Source: Clostridiales bacterium
GTDB taxonomy: Bacteria > Bacillota > Clostridia > Lachnospirales > Lachnospiraceae
Assembly (NCBI GenBank): GCA_012837605.1
Contig: DUQV01000060.1
Location: 10,079 to 74,078, forward strand
Reading direction: 5' to 3'
Length of the DNA: 64,000 nucleotides
The translations under genes were made by a program, and so were the position numbers. The notes below the pieces were generated by a model. That model ran no database searches. It saw only the letters and a program-made list of their open reading frames with translations, and was not told where the DNA came from. Positions 51,919-62,485 of this stretch are shown here, piece after piece; the first letter of the stretch is position 1, and each line of letters begins with the position of its first letter.

Positions 51919-53115
51919 ATGAGATGGTTAGATAAAATCCTTAAGAAATCTGCAAGTGTTAATTCAGAAAAAAAAGAAAACAGCATACAACCGAATGATG
52001 AAGTCCGAAAGCAGACTGTCCGCTTAAATTCATATACAGACCGTAAAGAATATATAAAGGAAAATAGCGGAATAATTGTTGAGAGCAACCGTCAGATTGA
52101 GGAGGCAAAGATAGAATATAGGGCAGTCACATCATACCTGTCTGATATTGAGAAAATTGATAGGATTCCCAAGATGCATAGGGAGAAAATTGATGATGCT
52201 GCAAGGAATATTCTCACTCTTAGGGAAGAAAGAGATCATATGCGTAATAGGAAATATGATATAACGGATGTACAATATCGGTTATTTGAGAGGCATGAGA
52301 TGCAGCTTCCGAAGGAATTGGCAGCTATTAAGGAGGCTGAAAGCTATCAGAGTGATATTGAGGCTGATATCAAACGCCTTGAGAACGAGAAGCAAGTATT
52401 ACTTGATGAAGAGGAAGAAATTGTATATAAACAATCATTTTTGAGAGGACTTTCAAAAGCTATATTTGTAGTTATTCTTGTATTATTTGTTATCTTTGCA
52501 GGATTAAACAGAGTAACAGGTGCTAATATGACTCTTCCATTTCTTCTGACTGTGCTTATGGGAATGGCTTCTGTGTTATGCATCTTCATGGAAGCCAGAA
52601 AGAATGCCCATGATATTAAGATTGTACAGTTAAAATTGAATAAAGTAATTATGCTGGTCAATAAAGTGGCAATAAAATCGGTAAACAACCGAAATTACTT
52701 GGAGTATACCTATAGCAAATATCTGGTAGACAACTATGAACAGCTTAAAAACCGCTGGGAACAGTATGTTAAGATAAAGGATGAAAATAAAAGATTTGAA
52801 GGCAATGCACAGCTTTTGGAATTTTATAATGATTTACTCTTAAAGGAACTGAAAAAATATAATATAAAGGATACTGAGATATGGCTTTATCAGCCGTCAG
52901 CTATTTTAGACAGCAAAGAGATGATTGAGGTTAGGAACAGACTAATTATCCGCAGGCAGAAGCTTAGAGAGCGTATTCAGGCTAATAAAGATCTTAAAGA
53001 AAAGGCTGCCAAAGCTATAATATCCTTGGTGAAAGCATATCCCGACAGTGAGGCTGATGCTATCAGTATCCTTAATAAATATCATATTAAGCAGGATATT
53101 TTGCTTGACTCATAA
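51919..53115 (+). CDS. Coiled-coil protein with a central two-TM hairpin
   Basis: Charged heptad segments flanking AIFVVILVLFVIFAGL and LPFLLTVLMGMASVLCIF. Confidence 0.7.
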   Translation: MRWLDKILKKSASVNSEKKENSIQPNDEVRKQTVRLNSYTDRKEYIKENSGIIVESNRQIEEAKIEYRAVTSYLSDIEKIDRIPKMHREKIDDAARNILTLREERDHMRNRKYDITDVQYRLFERHEMQLPKELAAIKEAESYQSDIEADIKRLENEKQVLLDEEEEIVYKQSFLRGLSKAIFVVILVLFVIFAGLNRVTGANMTLPFLLTVLMGMASVLCIFMEARKNAHDIKIVQLKLNKVIMLVNKVAIKSVNNRNYLEYTYSKYLVDNYEQLKNRWEQYVKIKDENKRFEGNAQLLEFYNDLLLKELKKYNIKDTEIWLYQPSAILDSKEMIEVRNRLIIRRQKLRERIQANKDLKEKAAKAIISLVKAYPDSEADAISILNKYHIKQDILLDS

Positions 53116-53238
53116 TTTTTTCTTTAGTTATTTAGTATAGTAATGACAGATTTTATTATTACTTCTTTCGAAAAACAGTTAGGGTAATTGTAAATATAAA
53201 AACGACGGTATATAATATGCAGAAAAGGGGGGTATTAA

Positions 53239-53601
53239 ATGACCGGAGAAGACAAAATTATACAATTGATACAGAATGTCTCACAAAAAATTGATGGTCT
53301 GGAGGAAGGATTGAATGATCTTGACAAGAGAATTGATGGTCTTGATGGTCTGGAAATACGAATGGATAGGCTTGAAGACAGACAAGAGAAATTGACCAAT
53401 AGCGTTAATGGCTTAAAGATTCATATTGAAAATGAAACGGATAAGAATATTCAAATTCTTATAGAACAATATAATCCGAATGTTGAAAGGCTTGATGATT
53501 CAGTTAAAAGAGTGGAAAAACTGGAGTTTGATGTTGATAGTATAAAGAAGGTAGTAATATCACACAGTCATGAAATCAACAAATTAATGAGCAGAAAATA
53601 A
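53239..53601 (+). CDS. Small coiled-coil hypothetical protein
   Basis: RBS AAGGGGGG; heptad repeats IDGLEEG/LNDLDKR/IDGLDGL/MDRLEDR. Confidence 0.65.
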   Translation: MTGEDKIIQLIQNVSQKIDGLEEGLNDLDKRIDGLDGLEIRMDRLEDRQEKLTNSVNGLKIHIENETDKNIQILIEQYNPNVERLDDSVKRVEKLEFDVDSIKKVVISHSHEINKLMSRK

Positions 53602-53607
53602 AATCCC

Positions 53608-53636
53608 TTGACATACTTAAGAATATTGCATAATAT
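53608..53636 (+). promoter_or_regulatory. Sigma-A promoter of the valS leader
   Basis: TTGACA-N17-TAATAT. Confidence 0.6.
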
Positions 53637-53657
53637 AGTAGTAATATTTTATACCGT

Positions 53658-53934
53658 CAAATGCGTTGATAAAGAGGAGTAGGTAAGTAACGCTTAACAG
53701 AGAGAATCATCCGCCGGCTGAGAGATGATTATTAAGAGGTCTTACCGAAGGTCGCTTTGTAGCAGTCTTTCTGAAGCCTTAGTATCTTCATGAGTGAGTA
53801 GGAAAGACCGGGAAGCCCCGTTATAGTTAATAAGGTAGCATGATATTATGAGTTGATTTTAAGTCAAACTATGTATCAGCTATAAATAAAGGTGGTACCA
53901 CGGTTCTTCGTCCTTTGCGTCGAAGAACTTTTTT
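53658..53934 (+). ncRNA. T-box riboswitch (Val specifier)
   Basis: AGTA bulge, AGAGA and GCTGAGA stem I motifs, GAAG-GTC specifier (53751-53753 = Val), T-box AAGGTGGTACCACG, terminator GTTCTTCG...CGAAGAAC-TTTTTT. Confidence 0.92.
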
Positions 53935-53987
53935 GATTAAAAAGAATTTTATTAACATGATATTATAAAGTGATAGGAGAGATTGCA

Positions 53988-56645
53988 ATGCAGAGAGAAC
54001 TGGCAAAGACTTATAACCCCAAGAATATCGAAGGTAAGCTGTATAAAAAATGGCTGGATAATAAATACTTTCATGCTGAGGTTGACAGGAGTAAAAAACC
54101 CTTTACAATTGTGATTCCACCACCCAATATTACCGGACAGCTTCACATGGGTCATGCCTTGGATAATACAATACAGGATATCCTAATAAGATTTAAGAGG
54201 ATGCAGGGCTATAATGCCTTATGGCAGCCCGGCACTGATCATGCCAGTATTGCAACGGAGGTCAAGATTATTGAGAAATTGAAAGAAGAAGGCATAGAGA
54301 AGCAGGATATCAGCAGAGAGGAATTTCTTGAGAGAGCTTGGCAGTGGAAAGATGAATATGGCGGAAAGATTACGGAACAATTAATGAAGCTTGGCTCCTC
54401 CTGTGACTGGGACAGAGAAAGATTTACAATGGATGATGGATGTAACCATGCCGTTAATAAGGTATTTGTTAAGCTTTATAACGAGGGTCACATATATAAA
54501 GGCTCCAGAATCATAAACTGGTGTCCGATTTGCCATACATCAATATCAGATGCAGAAGTAGAGCATGAGGAACAGGAAGGTTATTTCTGGCATATCAAAT
54601 ACCCCATAGCAGGAGAGAATGGCTATGTAGAGATTGCAACTACAAGACCGGAGACAATGCTTGGAGATACTGCTGTTGCGGTTCATCCTGATGATGAAAG
54701 ATATAAGCATCTGATAGGTAAGAATGTTATTTTGCCAATTGTTAATAAGGAGATTCCTGTGGTTGCAGATGCCTATGTAGATAAGGAATTTGGAACAGGT
54801 GTTGTTAAGATTACTCCTGCTCATGATCCTAATGATTATGAGGTGGGTAAACGTCATAATCTGCCTGAGGTAAACATCATGAATGATGATGCAACCATCA
54901 ATGCAAATGGCGGAAAATTTGAAGGAATGGATCGATATAAGGCCAGAAAGGCTATTGTTGAGGAGCTTAAGAAGCAGGGACTCTTGGTCAAGGCAGAACA
55001 TCATTCACATAATGTTGGAATTCATGACAGATGCCATACAACTATAGAGCCTATGATTAAGCCCCAGTGGTTCGTTAAAATGGATGAACTGATAAAACCT
55101 GCTGTAGAGGCTGTAAAGTCAGGTGAGATTGAGCTGATTCCTGATCGGTTTGAAAAGATATATTTCAACTGGACCGACAATATAAGGGATTGGTGTATAT
55201 CAAGACAGCTTTGGTGGGGTCATAGAATTCCGGCTTATTATTGCTATAATTGTGGTGAGATAATTGTATCCGAGGAAGAGCCTTCTAGGTGTAATGTATG
55301 TGGAAGTACTGATTTCAAACAGGATGAAGACACCTTGGATACATGGTTTTCGTCTGCATTATGGCCGTTTTCAACACTCGGTTGGCCGGAAATGACAGAG
55401 GATTTGGATTATTTTTATCCAACCGATGTTCTTGTTACAGGTTATGACATCATATTTTTCTGGGTAATACGAATGATATTTTCCGGTTATGCACATATGG
55501 GAAAGAAGCCGTTTGGTAAGGTATTATTCCACGGTCTTGTGAGAGATTCAGAGGGTCGTAAGATGAGCAAATCCCTCGGTAACGGCGTGGATCCTCTTGA
55601 GGTGATTGACAAATACGGGGCGGATGCTTTGCGTTTCTCATTGATTACCGGCAATTCACCCGGAAATGACATGCGCTTTTACTGGGAGAAAGTAGAAGCA
55701 AGCAGAAACTTTGCAAACAAGGTATGGAATGCCTCACGTTTCATTATGATGAATCTGGAAAAGGCAGATATACACGAGGATATCGACAATGAACTTCTAA
55801 CTCAAGCAGACAGGTGGATACTGGCAAAGTCAAATAATCTTGTTAAGGAAGCCACTGATAATCTGGAGGACTTTGAACTGGGAGTTGCCGCACAGAAGAT
55901 TTATGATTTTATATGGGAAGAATTCTGCGACTGGTATATTGAGATGGTTAAGCCCAGATTGTATAATAGTGAGGATAACTCCAAAGCAGCAGCACTCTGG
56001 ACACTGCGTACGGTTCTTACTAATTCCTTAAAGCTTCTGCATCCGTATATGCCTTTTGTGACAGAAGAAATCTTCTGTACCCTTCAGGAAATGACAGAGA
56101 TTAAGGAAAGAGATTCGATTGTAATATCTTCATGGCCGGCATATAATCCCGAATGGGAATATACTAAGGATATGGAAAGCATCGAGTTAATAAAGGAAGC
56201 TGTAAAGAACATACGTAATGTCAGGTCTGAAATGAATGTTTCGCCCGGACGGAAAGCCACTGTTATTGTAGTTTCCGGCAATGAAAGGATTAGGGAGATT
56301 TTCACAGAAAGTAAGGTGTTTTTAGCAACACTTAGTTATGCAGGCGAGGTTATAGTACAGAATGATAAATCAGGCATTAGTGAGGATGCTGTATCCATGG
56401 TAATTCCCGGTGCACAGATATATATACCTTTTGCAGACCTTGTAGACATTGATAAGGAAATAGAACGTCTTACTAAGGAAAAGGAGCGCTTGGAGGGAGA
56501 GCTAAAGCGTGTTAATGGAATGCTGTCTAATCCAAACTTCATATCAAAGGCTCCTGAGAGTAAGATAGCAGAGGAGAAAGCCAAGCTTGAGAAATATTCT
56601 GATATGATGAAACAAGTCATGGAAAGGCTTAAAAGCTTAGAATAG
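53988..56645 (+). CDS. valS: Valine--tRNA ligase
   Basis: [35 protein letters not shown]-terminal coiled coil; ATG 53988 after AGGAG. Confidence 0.98.
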   Translation: MQRELAKTYNPKNIEGKLYKKWLDNKYFHAEVDRSKKPFTIVIPPPNITGQLHMGHALDNTIQDILIRFKRMQGYNALWQPGTDHASIATEVKIIEKLKEEGIEKQDISREEFLERAWQWKDEYGGKITEQLMKLGSSCDWDRERFTMDDGCNHAVNKVFVKLYNEGHIYKGSRIINWCPICHTSISDAEVEHEEQEGYFWHIKYPIAGENGYVEIATTRPETMLGDTAVAVHPDDERYKHLIGKNVILPIVNKEIPVVADAYVDKEFGTGVVKITPAHDPNDYEVGKRHNLPEVNIMNDDATINANGGKFEGMDRYKARKAIVEELKKQGLLVKAEHHSHNVGIHDRCHTTIEPMIKPQWFVKMDELIKPAVEAVKSGEIELIPDRFEKIYFNWTDNIRDWCISRQLWWGHRIPAYYCYNCGEIIVSEEEPSRCNVCGSTDFKQDEDTLDTWFSSALWPFSTLGWPEMTEDLDYFYPTDVLVTGYDIIFFWVIRMIFSGYAHMGKKPFGKVLFHGLVRDSEGRKMSKSLGNGVDPLEVIDKYGADALRFSLITGNSPGNDMRFYWEKVEASRNFANKVWNASRFIMMNLEKADIHEDIDNELLTQADRWILAKSNNLVKEATDNLEDFELGVAAQKIYDFIWEEFCDWYIEMVKPRLYNSEDNSKAAALWTLRTVLTNSLKLLHPYMPFVTEEIFCTLQEMTEIKERDSIVISSWPAYNPEWEYTKDMESIELIKEAVKNIRNVRSEMNVSPGRKATVIVVSGNERIREIFTESKVFLATLSYAGEVIVQNDKSGISEDAVSMVIPGAQIYIPFADLVDIDKEIERLTKEKERLEGELKRVNGMLSNPNFISKAPESKIAEEKAKLEKYSDMMKQVMERLKSLE

Positions 56646-56861
56646 CTGTTACAAGCCACCTTGCATTTCAATCCTTTTTCGATTATCATTATTATATTGG
56701 CATAAATAATAATTGCTTAGGGTATACAGGATATTATATCATTAGTAATGATGCACGCCATCAGGCTTCATTCGATTAGAAATTGGTACGCAAGTATGCC
56801 CGGAGAGTACTTGAATAAAAAGCATGAAAATTAAAAGTCAATAGAAAAGAGGAATATAAGC

Positions 56862-57338
56862 ATGATAATGGATGAATATATCAAGTTTACAATTGCAAAA
56901 CAAAAGCATATTGCTCTGATTGCCCATGACAGTAAAAAGGATGAAATGATTGAGTGGGTTGAAGAAAACAAAGATATATTAAAAAACCATTTTCTAAGCG
57001 GTACAGGAACCACGGCCAGATTGATTTCTGAAAAGACGGAGCTTCCTGTCAGAGCGTATAACAGCGGTCCTCTGGGAGGGGATCAGCAGATTGGTTCAAG
57101 AATAGTTGAAGGAAATATTGATTTTGTTATATTCTTCTGGGATCCGCTGGAAGCACAGCCTCATGATCCGGATGTTAAAGCCTTGCTTCGGATTGCGGCT
57201 GTCTATGATATTCCTATTGCTAATAACCGGGCTACTGCTGATTTTTTGATAACATCAAGATATATGACTGAGGAATATGAAAGAAGAGTAATTAATTTCA
57301 ACAGGATTATGGCAGACAGAATAAATAAAATGATATAA
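56862..57338 (+). CDS. mgsA: Methylglyoxal synthase
   Basis: IALIAHD, GTGTT, SGPLGGDQQIG, FWDPL...PHDPDVKALLR. Confidence 0.96.
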   Translation: MIMDEYIKFTIAKQKHIALIAHDSKKDEMIEWVEENKDILKNHFLSGTGTTARLISEKTELPVRAYNSGPLGGDQQIGSRIVEGNIDFVIFFWDPLEAQPHDPDVKALLRIAAVYDIPIANNRATADFLITSRYMTEEYERRVINFNRIMADRINKMI

Positions 57339-57385
57339 TAATCAGATTATATTCAGATTCAAGATTATATACAAGATGATTTGTA

Positions 57386-57476
57386 AGTGGCATATAGATA
57401 TTAGCCTTATAAACCGGTATATGCAGATTTGGCAACTGTTCATATAACGGTGTATAACAGCTGTCCATATGCCACT
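57386..57476. terminator. Long imperfect hairpin between convergent mgsA and LysR genes
   Basis: AGTGGCATAT/ATATGCCACT outer stem, inner TTATAAACCG/CGGTGTATAA and TATATG/CATATA. Confidence 0.55.
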
Positions 57477-57495
57477 ATTAATATTATAAAGCAGC

Positions 57496-58371
57496 TCAAT
57501 TAGTCAAGCTGTCTATAAAATATCTGGCTCCATCTGATAAAGGAATATCCAGATTATAAGCTGCGACAAGCTTACGGGAGGGAATTACCTGTTCTGTCTT
57601 TATAATAGCCAATTCTCCCATATCCCGAATACAAAAATCCGGTACAAATGCTATTCCAAGACCAATCCTTGCCAAGTCAATTAACAGATCATTACTGGCA
57701 AGTTCTATTGCAGGCACCAGATCCAGTGAGTTTTCCAGGAATAAATTATGAAGATACATACTTGTGGTTGAACGTTTCTCAAGCATTAATATAGGATATT
57801 TTAAAAGCTCCTGAAAGGATATCGGACGGTCATATAGAGGAAATGTGTCTTTTTTTGCGATGAATACATCCCGGAATTCCTTGACAGGAATGATATCCAT
57901 TAAATCATTTAAAGCAGAATTGGGCGAATTTGTAACTATTACATCTACCTCGTTTCTTTCAAGCATTTTAGCACACTGAATTGAGGTTCCGTTAGACACT
58001 TTAATATGGATATTTGGATATTTCAAATGAAAAGCATTCAGGTATGGAACAAGATAATACCTGCAAATAGTATCACTGGCACCAATCCTTAGCTGTATAC
58101 CGCTTTTTGGATCGGCACAGAGTTGATTTTCTCCTCGTGTAATCAGGTTAATAGCAGGTTCTATATGCTTTAATAACAGCTCTCCTTCTTTTGTTAGTGC
58201 CACACGCTTAGTACTTCTAATAAACAGAGGTTGATTTAATCGCTTCTCCAATGTTTTGATGGACTGGCTAACAGCGGACTGAGAGATAAACAGAGCTTCT
58301 GCAGCTTCTGAAAAGCTTAAGCTCTTTGCTACATGATAGAACACCTTATACAGCTCATAATTAATATCCAC
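57496..58371 (-). CDS. LysR family regulator divergent from purL
   Basis: SFSEAAEALFISQSAVSQSIKTLE; LRIGASD; GTG start after AGGAGG. Confidence 0.93.
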   Translation of the reverse strand: MDINYELYKVFYHVAKSLSFSEAAEALFISQSAVSQSIKTLEKRLNQPLFIRSTKRVALTKEGELLLKHIEPAINLITRGENQLCADPKSGIQLRIGASDTICRYYLVPYLNAFHLKYPNIHIKVSNGTSIQCAKMLERNEVDVIVTNSPNSALNDLMDIIPVKEFRDVFIAKKDTFPLYDRPISFQELLKYPILMLEKRSTTSMYLHNLFLENSLDLVPAIELASNDLLIDLARIGLGIAFVPDFCIRDMGELAIIKTEQVIPSRKLVAAYNLDIPLSDGARYFIDSLTN

Positions 58372-58506
58372 AGCAGCTCCTCCTTCAATAAAAAATATAT
58401 TAGCGTCACTAATAAAAACATTTACATATATTAATTTTTATTATAAGACAAGCTATGATATAATGCAAGAAAATGATAAAAGATTATATTATATAGGAGA
58501 ATTATT

Positions 58507-61500
58507 ATGAGTAATGTTAGAAGAATCTATGTGGAGAAAAAAGAGCCATATGCTGTTTCGGCAAAGCAGCTTAAGCAGGAGATTAAGAATTACCTTGGGA
58601 TAAAGGGACTTAAGTCTGTAAGAGTTCTTATCAGATACATGATTGAAAATATTAGTGAGGACACTTATAAAAAAGCACTTGATACGGTGTTTATTGAGCC
58701 CCCGGTTGATATCCTGTATGAAGAAATGTTTGATGTCAAGGAAGATGATAGAGTATTTTCCGTTGAATATTTGCCCGGACAGTTTGATCAAAGGGCAGAT
58801 TCTGCAGAGCAGTGTGTTAAGCTCCTTAATGAGAATGAGGAGCCTATTATCCGCTCAGCAACCACATATGTTCTGTCCGGAGATATAACAGATGAGGATT
58901 TTGACAGGATAAAGGCTTATTGTATAAACCCGGTGGATTCCAGAGAGACAGACGAAGTAAAGCCAAAGACCTTGGTCACAAGCTTTGAAGAGCCTGACGA
59001 TGTTGAAATTCTTACAGGCTTTAAAGATATGAATAAGGATGAGTTGGAGAAATTATATTATTCGCTTAATCTGGCTATGACAATGGCTGATTTTACTCAT
59101 ATACAGAATTATTATAGGAATGAGGAAGACAGAGATCCCACCATGACGGAGATACGTGTTTTTGACACCTATTGGTCGGATCATTGCAGACATACAACAT
59201 TTTTGACAGAACTTAAAAATATTGAGTTTGAGGAAGGCTATTATTCTGAGCCAATCAAAGCTGCGTTTAAAAATTATACAGCTGACAGGGAAAAGCTTTA
59301 TAAGGATCGTGATGACAAGTACATTTCACTTATGGATATTGCAATTATTGCGATGAAAAAGCTAAAAGCCGACGGAAAGCTTGAGGACATGGAAGTATCG
59401 GATGAAATCAATGCCTGTTCTATCATTGTACCTGTAGAGATTGACGGCAAGACAGAAGAATGGCTGCTATTATTCAAGAATGAGACACACAACCATCCAA
59501 CAGAGATTGAGCCATTTGGAGGGGCAGCCACTTGTCTTGGTGGTGCAATACGTGATCCCCTGTCGGGAAGAGGTTATGTATATCAGGCGATGAGAATTAC
59601 CGGAGCTGATGATCCAACCAAGCCTATAGAAGCTACTATGAAAGGAAAGCTTCCACAGAGAAAGATCTGTACGGAGGCGGCATATGGCTACAGCTCCTAT
59701 GGGAATCAGATTGGCTTACCTGCCGGACTTGTTGATGAGATATACCATCCGGGTTATGTTGCAAAGAGGATGGAGTTAGGTGCTGTCATGGCAGCTGCAC
59801 CAAGAAGATATGTTGTTCGGGGAACCTGTGAACCCGGAGATGTTGTTATACTCATGGGCGGCAGAACCGGTAGAGATGGTATCGGCGGAGCAACCGGTTC
59901 CTCCAAGATTCATACTACGCAGTCAATTGAAACCTGCGGAGCCGAGGTTCAAAAGGGTAATCCTCCTACTGAGCGTAAGCTTCAGAGATTATTCAGAAGA
60001 CCTGAGGTAAGTACTCTTATAAAGAAATGTAATGACTTTGGTGCAGGCGGTGTGTCCGTAGCAATAGGTGAACTGGCTGATGGACTCAATATTAATCTCG
60101 ATAAGGTGCCTAAAAAATACGCAGGCTTAGATGGAACCGAGCTGGCAATATCAGAATCTCAGGAGAGAATGGCTATCGTAGTGGATCCGAGGAATGCAGA
60201 TAAGATGCTTGCCTATGCTGAAGAAGAGAATCTGGAAGCTGTAGTAGTTGCTTATGTTACAGAAAGCAAAAGACTGGTTATGCAGTGGAGAGGAAAACAG
60301 ATTGTTAATATATCAAGAGCATTTCTTAATACCAACGGAGCCCATCAGGAAGCTTCTGCCTATGTATCCTTACCGAAGCCTGAGGATAATTATCTTAAGA
60401 GCGGTGCATTTGCTTTTCAGAAAGATAATAAAGATATAAAGGATAAATGGCTTAAGGTTTTATCTGACTTGAATGTATGCTCTAAAAAGGGACTGGTGGA
60501 AATGTTTGACAGCACTATAGGTGCATCGACAGTTACCATGCCTTATGGTGGAAAATATCAGTTATCGCCAATTCAAACCATGGTGGCAAAACTGCCTGTC
60601 CTTAAAGGAAAATGCAGTACTGTATCAATGATGAGTTATGGTTTTGATCCGTATCTTTCAAGCTGGTCGCCCTTCCATGGAGCGGTATATGCAATCATAT
60701 CTTCTGTAGCAAAGATAGTAGCATCAGGCGGCGATTATTCAAAGATCAGATTCTCATTCCAAGAGTATTTTAAGAAGCTTGGTGATGATGCAAAGCGTTG
60801 GGGTGAGCCTTTGACAGCCCTTCTTGGTGCATATGATACACAGATGAAGCTTGGACTTCCTTCAATCGGAGGAAAGGACAGTATGTCCGGTACTTTCAAT
60901 GATATTGATGTGCCTCCGACATTAGTATCATTTGCAGTAAACACTGCCAAAGCAGAGGATATTATAACAACAGAATTAAAAAATCCGGGTAATATACTTG
61001 TAAGATTTGGCATACGAAGAGATTCATATGACCTTCCAATATATGAGCATTTAAAAGCCTTATATAAGAATATATATAAGCTGATGCAGGATAAGAAGGC
61101 AGTTTCGGCTTATGCAATTGGATTTGGAGGAATTGTTGAAGCAATAAGTAAGATGGCATTTGGTAATAAGCTTGGAGTTATAATCGATGCAAAGCTTAAC
61201 GCAGAAGAATTATTCCTTCCGGACTATGGAAGTCTTATTATTGAAATGACGAAAGAGGATGCAGATGGTTTATCTGATTATGGATTTTCTTCAGATGACT
61301 ATGATGTAATAGGTGTGGTTACGGACGATGATGTAATCAGATATGGCAGTACGAGCATAGCAATAGAAGAAGCGTGTTCATCTTGGATGCAGACCTTAGA
61401 GGATGTATATCCAACCCGTACCGATAACAGCTATGAGAAATTTGACACAAAGCTTTATGACGCAAAGAAAATATATGTTGCCAAGAATAAAGTTGCAAAG

Positions 61501-62298
61501 CCTAAAGTGTTTATCCCGGTATTTCCCGGTACTAATTGTGAGTATGATACAATAAAAGCCTTTGAAGCTGCCGGTGCAGATGTGGAGTCTTTGATTTTCG
61601 CAAATAATAATGCTGATAATATTCTAAATTCCGTAGAAGTCTTTGAAAAAGCCATAAGGAAGTCTCAGATTCTTATGTTCTCCGGCGGATTTTCAGCAGG
61701 AGATGAACCGTATGGCTCAGGCAAATTCATAGCAACTGTATTTAGAAATGATAAGATTAAGAAGGCAGTCGACGACCTGCTAAATAACCGGGACGGTCTT
61801 ATCCTCGGAATATGTAATGGCTTCCAAGCATTAATAAAGCTGGGACTTGTCCCATATGGAGAAATCAGACCTCAGAGTGAGGATTCACCGACTCTGGTTA
61901 CTAACAGGATAGGACGTCATGTATCAAAGGCTGTATACACCAAGGTGGTAAGTAATGCATCACCATGGCTGATGAAAGCAGAGCTTGGAGGTATATATAC
62001 TTTACCCGCTTCTCATGGAGAAGGAAGATTTGTAGCAAATAAAGAATGGATAGACAGATTATTTGAAGCAGGTCAGGTGGCAACACAGTATGTAGACCCG
62101 GACGGCAATCCAACCATGGACGATAACTATAATCCTAATGGTGCCTACTATGCAATAGAGGGTATAACCAGTCCGGACGGAAGAGTCCTTGGAAAGATGG
62201 CTCACTCCGAAAGATTCGGTGATTCAGTTGCTATCAACATAACCGGTAATCAGAATCAGCTTATATTCGAATCAGGAGTATCATATTTTAGAGGATAA
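58507..62298 (+). CDS. purL: Phosphoribosylformylglycinamidine synthase, single-chain PurL+PurQ fusion
   Basis: WSDHCRH, KNETHNHPTEIEPFGGA, EVQKG, DFGAGG, SESQERM, GGKDSMS, FPGTNCE, GICNGFQ, HGEG, MAHSER. Confidence 0.96.
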   Translation: MSNVRRIYVEKKEPYAVSAKQLKQEIKNYLGIKGLKSVRVLIRYMIENISEDTYKKALDTVFIEPPVDILYEEMFDVKEDDRVFSVEYLPGQFDQRADSAEQCVKLLNENEEPIIRSATTYVLSGDITDEDFDRIKAYCINPVDSRETDEVKPKTLVTSFEEPDDVEILTGFKDMNKDELEKLYYSLNLAMTMADFTHIQNYYRNEEDRDPTMTEIRVFDTYWSDHCRHTTFLTELKNIEFEEGYYSEPIKAAFKNYTADREKLYKDRDDKYISLMDIAIIAMKKLKADGKLEDMEVSDEINACSIIVPVEIDGKTEEWLLLFKNETHNHPTEIEPFGGAATCLGGAIRDPLSGRGYVYQAMRITGADDPTKPIEATMKGKLPQRKICTEAAYGYSSYGNQIGLPAGLVDEIYHPGYVAKRMELGAVMAAAPRRYVVRGTCEPGDVVILMGGRTGRDGIGGATGSSKIHTTQSIETCGAEVQKGNPPTERKLQRLFRRPEVSTLIKKCNDFGAGGVSVAIGELADGLNINLDKVPKKYAGLDGTELAISESQERMAIVVDPRNADKMLAYAEEENLEAVVVAYVTESKRLVMQWRGKQIVNISRAFLNTNGAHQEASAYVSLPKPEDNYLKSGAFAFQKDNKDIKDKWLKVLSDLNVCSKKGLVEMFDSTIGASTVTMPYGGKYQLSPIQTMVAKLPVLKGKCSTVSMMSYGFDPYLSSWSPFHGAVYAIISSVAKIVASGGDYSKIRFSFQEYFKKLGDDAKRWGEPLTALLGAYDTQMKLGLPSIGGKDSMSGTFNDIDVPPTLVSFAVNTAKAEDIITTELKNPGNILVRFGIRRDSYDLPIYEHLKALYKNIYKLMQDKKAVSAYAIGFGGIVEAISKMAFGNKLGVIIDAKLNAEELFLPDYGSLIIEMTKEDADGLSDYGFSSDDYDVIGVVTDDDVIRYGSTSIAIEEACSSWMQTLEDVYPTRTDNSYEKFDTKLYDAKKIYVAKNKVAKPKVFIPVFPGTNCEYDTIKAFEAAGADVESLIFANNNADNILNSVEVFEKAIRKSQILMFSGGFSAGDEPYGSGKFIATVFRNDKIKKAVDDLLNNRDGLILGICNGFQALIKLGLVPYGEIRPQSEDSPTLVTNRIGRHVSKAVYTKVVSNASPWLMKAELGGIYTLPASHGEGRFVANKEWIDRLFEAGQVATQYVDPDGNPTMDDNYNPNGAYYAIEGITSPDGRVLGKMAHSERFGDSVAINITGNQNQLIFESGVSYFRG

Positions 62299-62363
62299 GT
62301 ATTTAGTTAATCAGGCAATATTTTGTGTAAACAGTAATTGCATGCAAAACCCTTTTCATATAA

Positions 62364-62409
62364 GGGAGAAGACAGCTGGTTGTGTTATACGGACCAACTG
62401 CCTTCTCCC
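62364..62409. terminator. Terminator-like inverted repeat between purL and ligD
   Basis: GGGAGAAG.CAG.TGG...CCA.CTG.CTTCTCCC. Confidence 0.55.
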
Positions 62410-62485
62410 AAAATTTTTATATTAATAGCGGATTCAACCCATATCTTATCCAGATCTTAGACGGTGGGCAAAGCAAATTTGATTG

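Noticed and set aside
46193-53115. Known defence system (BREX, Wadjet, DISARM) or prophage
   Set aside because: No Walker A/B ATPase, nuclease, methylase, integrase or phage structural motifs seen in the four proteins
56646-56861. Possible ncRNA or riboswitch between valS and mgsA
   Set aside because: No recognisable aptamer motif or strong terminator
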